Assembly: GCA_043784965.1 (NCBI GenBank)
Contig: JAYVXS010000080.1
Location: forward strand, 1-48,855
Source of the DNA: Bdellovibrionales bacterium
Lineage (GTDB): Bacteria; Bdellovibrionota; Bdellovibrionia; Bdellovibrionales; JAMPXM01
Direction: 5' to 3'
DNA: 48,855 nucleotides
The notes below the pieces were generated by a model, which did not search any database, was not told the origin of the DNA, and saw only the letters and a program-made list of their open reading frames with translations. Position 1 is the stretch's first letter. Each line of letters begins with the position of its first letter. The translations under genes were made by a program, and so were the position numbers. Below, piece by piece: positions 38,399 to 47,062 of the stretch.

Positions 38399-40374
38399 CA
38401 GCGACTTCCATAAGTATGTAATTTACTCTTTGATTTTCTGTAATATTCACCGTCAGGTCGGTCAAGATCTACAATTTTCTTCCAAATTTCGAGAGCCCTT
38501 TCGAGGCGGGAATTGCCCTCATAAATAGTCGCCTCTCCATATAAGTCTTGAAGTTGATTGTCTAGGTCGCCCCGGTATTTTTTAATCATAGAGTTAACTT
38601 TTGAGTTACTCGCATCAATTTTTTGAGCTTTGATTAGTTCACTGAGTGCACTTTTCAAATTATTCTGTTCAGCAAAGCGTTGGCCCGAGCGAATATATTC
38701 TTCGGCTTTTTGCGATAAGCTTTGTCTGATCGAGGCGATCTTTCGTTGAGCCTCTTTTTTTCGGTCTTCGGGATCAGGAAGGCTCGTCGCGGCCAATTTT
38801 TCGTATGCAGCAATCGCCAGTAGTAGCTCGCCCTTACTTTCAAGACTGCGGGCATGATTATACATTTCGCGCGCTCGTTCTACACGCGCCCGATAATCTG
38901 CTTTTTGATTGGCGCGTTCGCTGGCGTCGGAAAGTCGCTTGCGAACCCGATCTTTTTGAACATTGATTTCTTCGTTGCCTGGATCTAAATTAATGGCTTC
39001 TTCTAAACATTGATTAATAACTTGCTCAGCGTTTGCAGTTTGAGAAATCTTGTTGCAGCGAAAAAGAATTTCACTCAATCTTTTAGTGACCTCCTCAGCG
39101 CGTTTGCGATCAATTTCAATTTTAGCAATTTTGCCCTCGTTGTCTAGTGCGGTTTGGCATTGAGCCATTAAACGTCGAGACTCCTGATAGGCCTCTTCGC
39201 CCAAAATATCAGATATCTTAATCAATTGAGCCTGAGCATTTGCGTACTTGCCTTGGAGTAGAAAGTTATTGGCAAGATTGTACGAGTCGGCGACGAGTTG
39301 CTTTTGTGCAATTGAAAGGCGATCAAATTTTGAACCACTTGCGCTATGGTTTGAATTGTCTCCTCTTTTTGGACCATCAGAGAATAAGAATAGACCGATA
39401 ATGATAACTAGCGCAATCGCGCCATAGACGAAAAGTTTGTTATTGTTTTTCTTACGTGGTCGTCGCCGTGGATTCTGATGTTGTGGGTAGTGAAGTGGGA
39501 TGGCTCCGCCATCCCCAGAGTAAGATTCTGGCATGAAGCTCGGGTGAATATATGCGGGTTCCTTTTCAATAATTAAAGCTGGCGAATTCACAAAATTTTC
39601 AGATATACCTTGAATTTTCTCTTTAAAGCCTGGGTCTCTCAATTCGAAATGTATTGTCAGTGATTGAACCGAAATAATATCGCCACTCTTGAGTGGGGTC
39701 TTCATTGCCACTTTGGCGCCGTTGACTAAGGTGCCATTTGAACTTCCAACATCGGTGATGAAATATTCCTCTTCATTCAGATCAATGCGAAATTGCTTAC
39801 GGCTTGCGGTGGCGTCATTTAGTATAACCGAGCAACTTTCATCCCTGCCGGCAATCCAGGACTTACCTTCGAGACGTAAGACTTCATCTTGTTTCTGATG
39901 AGGTCCTGATATTCGCAAATAGGGTATCCCAATAAAAGATCCAACTGAGGTGATCTCATTATCTCCTTGAAAGTTTTCATCAAATACTCGCGGCGCTTCG
40001 CTCGTCTCAATTATGGCAAGGGCATTGTTTTTAGTACCTGGATTAATCGAAGGCACTTGTTCGGCCTCATTAACCTCAGCAATCTCGTCAAGTACTATAA
40101 AATCAAAGGGCGAAATCTTAAATGAATCTTGGGAGTGAATGTCGAATTGGTTTGTGGGCTCACCATCTTTGGTAAGGTTTCCAAATTTTGAAAGTACTTG
40201 AACTTGCCAGACCTCATCGACAAATTTTATTTTGAAATGATGACGAGAAATTCCGGGAAGATCTTCAAGAACTATATCACAATCATTGGCGCGCCCAGCA
40301 ACGTATTCGCGTCCCACCTCTAGCGAGAGCTCTTTGTATTCGCTGCCATGTTTTCGCACCTTAAGTTTCAACAT
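38398..40374 (-). CDS. Double-FHA-domain membrane protein with C-terminal TPR/coiled-coil region
   Basis: FHA1 is GRANDCDIVLEDLPGISRHHFKI.. and FHA2 is GRDESCSVILNDATASRKQFRI...DVGSSNGTLVNGAKV. A TM helix (LFVYGAIALVIIIGLFLFS) lies around residue 320, followed by long helical repeats. Confidence 0.8.
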   Translation of the reverse strand: MLKLKVRKHGSEYKELSLEVGREYVAGRANDCDIVLEDLPGISRHHFKIKFVDEVWQVQVLSKFGNLTKDGEPTNQFDIHSQDSFKISPFDFIVLDEIAEVNEAEQVPSINPGTKNNALAIIETSEAPRVFDENFQGDNEITSVGSFIGIPYLRISGPHQKQDEVLRLEGKSWIAGRDESCSVILNDATASRKQFRIDLNEEEYFITDVGSSNGTLVNGAKVAMKTPLKSGDIISVQSLTIHFELRDPGFKEKIQGISENFVNSPALIIEKEPAYIHPSFMPESYSGDGGAIPLHYPQHQNPRRRPRKKNNNKLFVYGAIALVIIIGLFLFSDGPKRGDNSNHSASGSKFDRLSIAQKQLVADSYNLANNFLLQGKYANAQAQLIKISDILGEEAYQESRRLMAQCQTALDNEGKIAKIEIDRKRAEEVTKRLSEILFRCNKISQTANAEQVINQCLEEAINLDPGNEEINVQKDRVRKRLSDASERANQKADYRARVERAREMYNHARSLESKGELLLAIAAYEKLAATSLPDPEDRKKEAQRKIASIRQSLSQKAEEYIRSGQRFAEQNNLKSALSELIKAQKIDASNSKVNSMIKKYRGDLDNQLQDLYGEATIYEGNSRLERALEIWKKIVDLDRPDGEYYRKSKSKLHTYGSR

Positions 40375-40379
40375 GGTGA

Positions 40380-41546
40380 CTAATCATCCTTTCTTAGGTA
40401 TGATTCGCAAACACGTTTTAATGAAATGGCCTCTTTGTAACGGAGGTCGCTTTCATTTTTTACTTCTATGAGAACTTTTTCAAGAGCAGCCGCACACCTG
40501 GTGTACATTTGCCTCTCGTGATATTGTTTGCCAGTCTCAAGTGAGCGGGCAATGAATTCTTCGCGAGATCGAAAGGCATATTCTCGATATCGACCGGCAA
40601 GCTTGTGCGCTGGATCTAATGAAAGGGCTGTTTCGAAGGAGCGAATGGCTCTTGAGAATTGTCCCTGGCTATAGTCGCGAAATCCTTCTAAGTAGTGTTT
40701 ATTTGCCTCAATATACTTAGTACGTTCTTCTGCGCTACTATGTCTTTTTACGCCAAAGTGTTCTGCAAAGAGTCCAATAGAATCATCATAATCTTTTATG
40801 GCGCCCTGGAAGTCCGCTTTCGAAAATTTCTCACTCCCGTTGGTGAGTTTTCGATTACCTTGCTCATAATGAGCTTTTGCATCTGGAGAGTCGAGTCTCT
40901 TAACGGCAGCATCATTTGCTGACTGCGCTTCTGCCCGCTTAATTTCAGCGTCGACCTTGTCTTGATTGCGCGTGGCGGCTTCAGTAATTTTTGGTCCATG
41001 TGAACTAGACAATAAATATACCAGCCCGCCCAGCAAGATAGCTGCGATTAAATAAAAGGTGATGCCGCCGCTCGAGCTTTGCGTTTTATGTTGTTTCGAG
41101 GAGTGCGGCCTACCAGGCAACGCCTGGACATTCGCAACAGGACCTCGCGAAGCATTTCTGGTCATCGGAATACCTGGGGTGGCCAACTGCAACTCTTGAT
41201 TTCCTTGCGATTTCTGTACGATCTCCGCGCGAAAAATTAAAATGGTATCACCAATTTCAATTGAGTCGCCATGCTTCAGATCCACCCTAGTAATTTGCGC
41301 TGAATTCACTAAAGTTGTTTTCTTTGAACTTAAATCTTCGATTGAAATTCGATCATGAAGTACATGTATTACAACTTGCTGTCGGCTACACTTTATATCT
41401 TGCAAAACAATGTCACAGTCAGTATCCCGGCCAATTACTGTCTTTGGCGGTATAATTTGAAACGACGAGCCTCGGTCGAGACCATTTGTAATGGTAAGAG
41501 TCAATCTTACTTTACTTGCCTGTAAATTCAGAGCGGCAGAGGACAT
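40380..41546 (-). CDS. FHA-domain membrane protein with C-terminal TPR-like repeats
   Basis: The FHA domain is GRDTDCDIVLQDIKCSRQQVVI....DLSSKKTTLVNSAQI. A TM helix (ITFYLIAAILLGGLVYLLSS) is followed by TPR-like helices (..FSRAIRSFETALSLDPAHKLA..). Confidence 0.8.
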   Translation of the reverse strand: MSSAALNLQASKVRLTLTITNGLDRGSSFQIIPPKTVIGRDTDCDIVLQDIKCSRQQVVIHVLHDRISIEDLSSKKTTLVNSAQITRVDLKHGDSIEIGDTILIFRAEIVQKSQGNQELQLATPGIPMTRNASRGPVANVQALPGRPHSSKQHKTQSSSGGITFYLIAAILLGGLVYLLSSSHGPKITEAATRNQDKVDAEIKRAEAQSANDAAVKRLDSPDAKAHYEQGNRKLTNGSEKFSKADFQGAIKDYDDSIGLFAEHFGVKRHSSAEERTKYIEANKHYLEGFRDYSQGQFSRAIRSFETALSLDPAHKLAGRYREYAFRSREEFIARSLETGKQYHERQMYTRCAAALEKVLIEVKNESDLRYKEAISLKRVCESYLRKDD

Positions 41547-41549
41547 TTG

Positions 41550-43244
41550 TTAATGACCCCCTTCAGTTTGATTTTTATGAATTGAAATAATATAATACAC
41601 AGGCTCATTCAAAGCAAAGATGGCGCGACCAGAAAGAGTATGCTCGATACCCTCAAAAGGAATTTGACCTAAAACCTTCTCTTCTGGTTGGCCTCTCAAT
41701 TCGTTGATCATCTGGATAATGTTTTGCTTAAGGGCTGGATCTGAAAGCTCGGTTATTAAAAGGCCGGCAAGCACAAGATTCGAACCGATGAGCTTTTCAA
41801 ATGAATCATTAGATGAAATGATTTTCGAGTCGATTGCAGAAATCGCAATTGCAGGATTGTCGATAAGACTTACTAAATGAATGGCTTCATTGTGGCGTTG
41901 TTGAAAATTTACTTGGGGTGTGTCGCCCCCGCCGGCGCTACCAAGTCTTGTAAGGGTGCTTCCTATATTTGTTACCAAATGCTTTAGAATTGGAAAGTCA
42001 TACTTTGTACTGACGTCGTCACGCCCTTCTCTTAGAGCCGTGTCAAGTTGTTCGTTGAGATTGGCGAGCGGATGCTCAATGATTTTCATCAATACGAAGA
42101 ACAACAAAAAACCAAAGAACAGCGCGATTGCGAATGTTTCGACGAACAAACTTAAAGTTTGTTCAGTGCGCACTCCGACTGCAGATAAATCATAGATGAT
42201 AATTGCATAGGCAACAGGAGTTTGCTCGCCCCGTTGCGCATCGTAAGAAATAATAGGTGCGCTGGCCGCGACCAGTGAGCGACCAAGGGATTTATGAAAC
42301 TCCTTGCCCTCTCGGCGCGCTTCTCTGAAAAATGGATTTTCGCTATCGTGCTGTCTTAAATTGGCTGGGGCAATGACATGGCCGTCTTTTCCAGAAATAA
42401 TGGCCGCGACAGAGACACCATCTTCGATTTCGGCACTTCGCGTACTGACTGAAACTTCGAGATTATCGATCACCGCCTGTCGATTTATCTGCGCAAGACC
42501 TCGGGCAATTGTTACCGCCCGACGCATGCTTTCGGCCTCAATTGTATGAGAGATTGTCAGGGTCATTGGTATAGTTGAAAGTGCAGTCACCATAAGTATA
42601 AAAACACCAATGAAAACTCCGATTACCCAACGATACTCGAGGGACTGGGCAAATGAGTAGATTCCTGGCATGGCGACGGTTTCAAAATAATTATCGAGTA
42701 ATACCTTCAGATTCTGAAAAAAATTGCCATGATTTTGTGGCATCTCTGGCTCTTGCGAAGAGTGCGAATCTTGATCAAATTGTCCGTTTGGATGGGCAAA
42801 TTCATTCGCACCCATATAAGGATTCAAATTATTGGACATTTGCGGTGCCTGGCTTGAATTCCAATTTTGCGCGGGAGGCTGAGGTGAGCCAAAGGCGTTC
42901 CCAACGTATACATTATGGCGATTGGATTTTTGATGTTGCGACATAAGCGCGACATCGGGGAGCTTCAAAATATCAAAGAGAACATCTTTTAATGCAATTT
43001 TATCTCCGAGATTGACTCGCTGATTTTGAATCTTAACGCCATTTACAAAGGTACCATTTCTAGAATTGAGGTCGCTCAGAATGATTTTATCTTCTGTCAA
43101 AAATATTTGCGCATGTTCTTTTGACACACCATTCGCCTGAATTTTAATTTCACATTGGGGCGCTCGACCGATGGCGTTTTTACCCATTTTCAATGGGTAA
43201 ATCTGGCCTGATTGGGCTCCATTTAGAATTCTAATCGCCCACAT
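41550..43244 (-). CDS. FHA-domain two-TM sensor-like protein (FHA / Q,N-rich linker / TM / extracytoplasmic domain / TM / HAMP-like / PAS-like), no output domain
   Basis: The FHA domain is GRAPQCEIKIQANGVSKEHAQI....DLNSRNGTFVNGVKI. TM1 is WVIGVFIGVFILMVTALSTIPM and TM2 is FAIALFFGFLLFFVLMKII, followed by EHPLANLNEQL..(HAMP-like) and a C-terminal alpha/beta region of about 130 aa. Confidence 0.8.
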   Translation of the reverse strand: MWAIRILNGAQSGQIYPLKMGKNAIGRAPQCEIKIQANGVSKEHAQIFLTEDKIILSDLNSRNGTFVNGVKIQNQRVNLGDKIALKDVLFDILKLPDVALMSQHQKSNRHNVYVGNAFGSPQPPAQNWNSSQAPQMSNNLNPYMGANEFAHPNGQFDQDSHSSQEPEMPQNHGNFFQNLKVLLDNYFETVAMPGIYSFAQSLEYRWVIGVFIGVFILMVTALSTIPMTLTISHTIEAESMRRAVTIARGLAQINRQAVIDNLEVSVSTRSAEIEDGVSVAAIISGKDGHVIAPANLRQHDSENPFFREARREGKEFHKSLGRSLVAASAPIISYDAQRGEQTPVAYAIIIYDLSAVGVRTEQTLSLFVETFAIALFFGFLLFFVLMKIIEHPLANLNEQLDTALREGRDDVSTKYDFPILKHLVTNIGSTLTRLGSAGGGDTPQVNFQQRHNEAIHLVSLIDNPAIAISAIDSKIISSNDSFEKLIGSNLVLAGLLITELSDPALKQNIIQMINELRGQPEEKVLGQIPFEGIEHTLSGRAIFALNEPVYYIISIHKNQTEGGH

Positions 43245-43581
43245 AAAGTTCGTCTCCTATGTCGACAGATTTAATCTTTAGAGTTCCTGCGGGGAGTTCA
43301 ATTACCGACTTTGCACTCCAGACGATTTGCGAAAGTCTCCAGGGCCTAATATTTTGAAATGTTTTTTTCACAATAAAATTTTTATCGACAAAAATAGTGT
43401 CAATAGAAAAATTCATAAAACAAGTTTGGATGCATCGGCAATCTTCAAACAGCAGGGCTGAATCCGGGGCCATATTACGATCGAACATGAGGCCTTTGAG
43501 TCGTGAAAAATAGGTATCAGCAAAGCGCAGTGTGCCGGCGATTTGCTGATTTGATTTCGATCTATTCAAAAGCTTTTTCAT
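43231..43581 (-). CDS. DUF192 (COG1430) family protein
   Basis: 116 aa with RLKGLMFDRNM..DSALLFEDC....CFMNFSIDTIFVDKN..V, which fits the DUF192 pattern (GLM.r..l....gmLF...... M.n...plD..f.d). It overlaps the downstream FHA gene by 14 nt. Confidence 0.6.
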   Translation of the reverse strand: MKKLLNRSKSNQQIAGTLRFADTYFSRLKGLMFDRNMAPDSALLFEDCRCIQTCFMNFSIDTIFVDKNFIVKKTFQNIRPWRLSQIVWSAKSVIELPAGTLKIKSVDIGDELYVGD

Positions 43582-43582
43582 A

Positions 43583-44482
43583 CTACTTTCCGAACATCAT
43601 GTTGAGAGCTACTGGCGCAAAAACCATAATGAACACGGCCGGCATAATGAAAATGATCATTGGTACCAAAATCGCTTGAGAAGCCTTGGCTCCAGCCTTT
43701 TCTGCACGAACAAAGCGTTCGAGTCGCATTTGGATGGATTGCTCCTTCAAAACTTTTACGACACTCGCTCCAGTACTTTCTGAGTCAACAATGACATTCA
43801 CCAAAGAGTTGACTTCGTTTAGGTCAATTCGTTTGGCAAATGTTTTCAGGGCATCGACACGAGAGCTTCCAATTGCAATATCCTCGAGAACGCGATTGAA
43901 CTCGTCGGCCAAGACGCTATCTTCGCTAGACTTCTCAACAATTTTTTTCATTGAGCCTTGCAAGTCGAGACCTGCTTCAGCGGCGAGAGACATGAGGTCG
44001 ACAAAAAATGGAAGATCTCTCAACACCGAGCGCTGTCTGGCTGTTCGTTGAGCGTTTGCATGAAAGCGCGGTACATTAAAGCCAAATGGTATAATTAAAA
44101 GAAAAATGAAGTAGGGATAACCCAATTGAAGTGAAAAATTTAAAACTAAGCATAAGACCGGAAACATAAAACCCCAAAGAAGTTGCAAGGCAATAAATTC
44201 ATCGACGTTCAATTCTGCGGATAGGCCCGCGGTTACAATAAGGTGTTCAATTTTCTTTCGGTATTTTGGATTTTTAATTCTAAGCGCGTGTGACAATGTA
44301 AATTGATGTGCCAACTGTCTTGAGAATTCAATGATGTTTGACTTGGATTTTGCCGGAGCACTCGCCGAAGCCCATTGCAAAGATTTCGCCTCTTCATTTT
44401 TTGCAAAGAGGGCAGAGAGAAATCGATAGACCGCAAAGCCAAACACCAGAATTCCAAGATAGAGTTTGATATTACTTCCCAT
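43583..44482 (-). CDS. Type II secretion system F-family (TadB/TadC-like) inner-membrane platform protein
   Basis: The T2SSF domain shows LRDLPFFVDLMSLAAEAGLDLQGSMKKIVE....LADEF..VL.DI..G.SR.DAL..FA.R, with flanking TM helices. The preferred start is ATG 44482, with AAAGG 7 nt upstream. The longest ORF (44518) would overlap the divergent maf start. Confidence 0.75.
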   Translation of the reverse strand: MGSNIKLYLGILVFGFAVYRFLSALFAKNEEAKSLQWASASAPAKSKSNIIEFSRQLAHQFTLSHALRIKNPKYRKKIEHLIVTAGLSAELNVDEFIALQLLWGFMFPVLCLVLNFSLQLGYPYFIFLLIIPFGFNVPRFHANAQRTARQRSVLRDLPFFVDLMSLAAEAGLDLQGSMKKIVEKSSEDSVLADEFNRVLEDIAIGSSRVDALKTFAKRIDLNEVNSLVNVIVDSESTGASVVKVLKEQSIQMRLERFVRAEKAGAKASQAILVPMIIFIMPAVFIMVFAPVALNMMFGK

Positions 44483-44512
44483 AAATAGCCTTTCTGTGGT
44501 GTAACTGAGAAT

Positions 44513-45115
44513 ATGCACACATTCATTTTAGCTTCCGAGTCTCCACGTAGAAGAGAGCTCCTCGAAAGAGCAGGATTTTTATTTTCAGTTCACTCTATTC
44601 AAATATCGGAAATTCCAAACAAAAACCTAAGCTTGCATGCGCAAATAGAGGATCTTGCCAGGCAAAAAGCCCATGCTTTAGTCGAATCCGTTAAGTACCC
44701 GAAGTCGCAAAACAATTTGGTCCTTTCTGGAGACACCTTGGTCGCAATTGATGGCGAAGTCCTAGGCAAGCCTAAAGACCTTGAGCAGTCGAGGGTCTTT
44801 TTAGAGAAACTTTCTGGACGTAAGCACAGTGTAATCACGGCCATTTGCCTTTTGGCGCCGGAAGAGGGCCACGAAGTGGTCGCGCACGAGGAGTCCTTTG
44901 TTTATTTTAATAGACTCTCAGAAGAGCAAATTTCGCGTTATGTCGCGAGTCGTGACGGTTTGGACAAGGCTGGTGCGTATGGAATTCAAACGCTAGCTGA
45001 CGGATTTATTGATCGTATTGAAGGCAATATCGATAATGTAATGGGACTTTCAGTTAGCCTCGTAGAAAAAATTTTGAAAGAAAATAATTGGCATGTCGAT
45101 CGCCGAAAATCTTAA
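44513..45115 (+). CDS. maf: Maf-family nucleoside triphosphate pyrophosphatase (septum formation protein Maf)
   Basis: FILASESPRRRELLERAGF, SGDTLVAIDGEVLGKP and DKAGAYGIQ are present. Confidence 0.9.
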   Translation: MHTFILASESPRRRELLERAGFLFSVHSIQISEIPNKNLSLHAQIEDLARQKAHALVESVKYPKSQNNLVLSGDTLVAIDGEVLGKPKDLEQSRVFLEKLSGRKHSVITAICLLAPEEGHEVVAHEESFVYFNRLSEEQISRYVASRDGLDKAGAYGIQTLADGFIDRIEGNIDNVMGLSVSLVEKILKENNWHVDRRKS

Positions 45116-45815
45116 AAAAATTAAGTCTGAAATATCTGCAGCCTGCCTAATGGCGGGACGCGATCCGAACTCCTGCAATTTAATTGCAGTTTCTAAAACT
45201 AAGCCAACTTGGCAGATTTTGGATGCCGTAAAAGCCGGACAAACTGAGTTTGGTGAAAACTATGTGCAAGAGGCACTGTGCAAAATTTCTGAAATTGAAA
45301 ATTCAGCAATAGATCTGCGGTGGCACTTTATCGGGGCCTTGCAAAGCAATAAAGCGCACAAAGTAGTTGGTCAATTTACGCTGATTCACTCGGTTGATCG
45401 ACTCTCACTCGCCCAAGTCATTTCAACAGAAGCTCAGAAAAAAAAGTTGTTGCAAAAAATTTTACTACAAATAAATGTTGGCGATGAGGAGTCAAAATCT
45501 GGTGCGAGTTTGAGTGAAGCACAGCCGTTGTTAGAGAAAGTTCTTGAGCTTAAAAACCTTCGAGTTTGTGGTTTGATGTGTCTGCCCCCTCTATTTGACG
45601 ACGTAGAAAAACAGCGTACCTACTTTCGAATTTTAAGCCAACTCATGCTCGAGGCTAGAGAAAAATTAAGTGATAGCCAAAAATCAGATTTTAAGATCTT
45701 ATCAATGGGGACGACTCATGATTTTGCGGCGGCCATTGCCGAGGGCGCCACTCATGTTCGACTTGGCACCGCTATTTTTGGAGTCCGTGAATTGTCGCGA
45801 AAGGAAATTAGGTGA
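45093..45815 (+). CDS. yggS: YggS-family pyridoxal-phosphate homeostasis protein
   Basis: LIAVSKTKP (PLP Lys), FGENYVQE, WHFIGALQSNK, LSMGTTHDF and VRLGTAIFG are present. Confidence 0.9.
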   Translation: MSIAENLKKIKSEISAACLMAGRDPNSCNLIAVSKTKPTWQILDAVKAGQTEFGENYVQEALCKISEIENSAIDLRWHFIGALQSNKAHKVVGQFTLIHSVDRLSLAQVISTEAQKKKLLQKILLQINVGDEESKSGASLSEAQPLLEKVLELKNLRVCGLMCLPPLFDDVEKQRTYFRILSQLMLEAREKLSDSQKSDFKILSMGTTHDFAAAIAEGATHVRLGTAIFGVRELSRKEIR

Positions 45816-46642
45816 ACAAAAATAAGAAAATTGGTTTCATAGGAATCGGAAATCTGGGTCAGGCCATCGTTAAAGCATTGATAGAAAGTCAAACCTTTCA
45901 GCCGAGCCAAATCTTTGTAACCAATCGATCGCCCGGCAAGCTTGTTAAGGTGAGTGAGCTCTACGGCATAAGTGTTTGTAAAACTAACGAAGAGCTTGTT
46001 GAAAAGTGTGAGACGATTATTTTAGCTGTCAAACCGCAAGATCTAGCGCTGGTGCTAGAGCCGATGGCGTCTACTTTTTCAAATGCTCATCTGGTGATTT
46101 CATTGGCTGCTGGATTTTCTCTTAAAACTCTACAAAATCTTTTACCTGAAGTATCTGGTATTGCTCGAGTCATGCCAAATACACCATCGACAATTCGCAA
46201 AGCTGTGGTTGGTTACTGTTTGGGGCCGAAGGCAATAGCGTATGAGTCCCAGGTGATTGAGATTTTTCAGCCGCTTGGACTTTTAGTGCCAGTACCAGAG
46301 GGGGAATCCTTCGAAGCACTCACGGTTTCATGCGGTAGTGGAACGGGCTTTGTACTTGAACTCATGCAGTATTGGCAAGAATGGCTTGAGGAACATAATT
46401 TTGAGCCCAAGCTTGCTCGTGAAATGGTCGTGCAGACCTTTTTGGGAGCAGCGCTTATGGCAGAAAAGGCACCTGAAATCTCTCTGGTCGATTTACAAGA
46501 GAAGGTTGTGTCTAAAAAAGGTGTTACATTTGCAGGACTTCAATCGATGCGCGAGCTCGAAATCGAGCGAGCCATTCGCTACAGTTTTGAAAAGGCAGTT
46601 TTACGCGATCAAGAAATCGCTCGGACGACAGAACAGCAATAA
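45812..46642 (+). CDS. proC: Pyrroline-5-carboxylate reductase
   Basis: The GTG start overlaps the yggS stop. The Rossmann motif is IGFIGIGNLGQAI, with AVKPQD, RVMPNTP and a C-terminal dimerisation domain ..SKKGVTFAGL.. Confidence 0.9.
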   Translation: MNKNKKIGFIGIGNLGQAIVKALIESQTFQPSQIFVTNRSPGKLVKVSELYGISVCKTNEELVEKCETIILAVKPQDLALVLEPMASTFSNAHLVISLAAGFSLKTLQNLLPEVSGIARVMPNTPSTIRKAVVGYCLGPKAIAYESQVIEIFQPLGLLVPVPEGESFEALTVSCGSGTGFVLELMQYWQEWLEEHNFEPKLAREMVVQTFLGAALMAEKAPEISLVDLQEKVVSKKGVTFAGLQSMRELEIERAIRYSFEKAVLRDQEIARTTEQQ

Positions 46643-46673
46643 GGCCTATCTTCTTTTGGCTGGTCTAGTTACG

Positions 46674-46755
46674 TAGATTAGCTTAAAAGCAGCTTGGGGG
46701 CAGCCGCTGCGGTTTGTGGTTTTTCTGTTTCAGTCCCAGCTATGGGTGGGTCAGT
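46674..46755 (+). repeat. Left copy of an approximately 85-nt element present in inverted orientation on both sides of divIVA
   Basis: It aligns with the reverse complement of 47930-48017 at roughly 75% identity: tagattag...aagcag.tt.g.g.cagc.gct.c.g......ggtttttc.gtttc.gtccc.g.ta.ggg.g.gtcagt. Confidence 0.65.
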
Positions 46756-46939
46756 ATACATAAATTGGCGGCTAGTTGATTGACTTATGCCTTGTCAAAT
46801 ACGACAGCAAAGGAGCGAGCCCTGTGTGTTTAGCCTGATCTCTGGCCCTTGGTCTAGAAATCCAGATGAGCTTCTCTGTGAAAATTTTAATTCTTCTAAG
46901 CTGGCAGAAAGTCGGTTAGCCTAAAGATGGGGAGACCCA

Positions 46940-47039
46940 AAGGCTGTCCGTTTCCTTTTTCGGATGTAGAGCGCTGCTAAAAAATTCTATTGATATTTGA
47001 AGTCGCGCAAAGCATCCGAAAAAGGAAGCAGATAGCCTT
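46940..47039 (+). promoter_or_regulatory. 100-nt long-stem hairpin in the divIVA leader
   Basis: The perfect 15-bp stem ttcctttttcggatg (46952-46966) / catccgaaaaaggaa (47013-47027) extends to about 27 bp (46940-46966 with 47013-47039, one mismatch and two G-T pairs). The loop is 46 nt, and the structure ends 13 nt before AGGAGG and 23 nt before the divIVA ATG. Confidence 0.6.
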
Positions 47040-47062
47040 AAAAAATATTTTCAGGAGGAATA

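Noticed and set aside
46896-46925. RNase P RNA-like GAAAGTC motif (ggcagaaagtcggttagcc)
   Set aside because: Only a 7-nt resemblance to the GGAAAGTCCGG core. The other universally conserved RNase P blocks (for example ACAGAACCCGGCTTA) are absent from the region.
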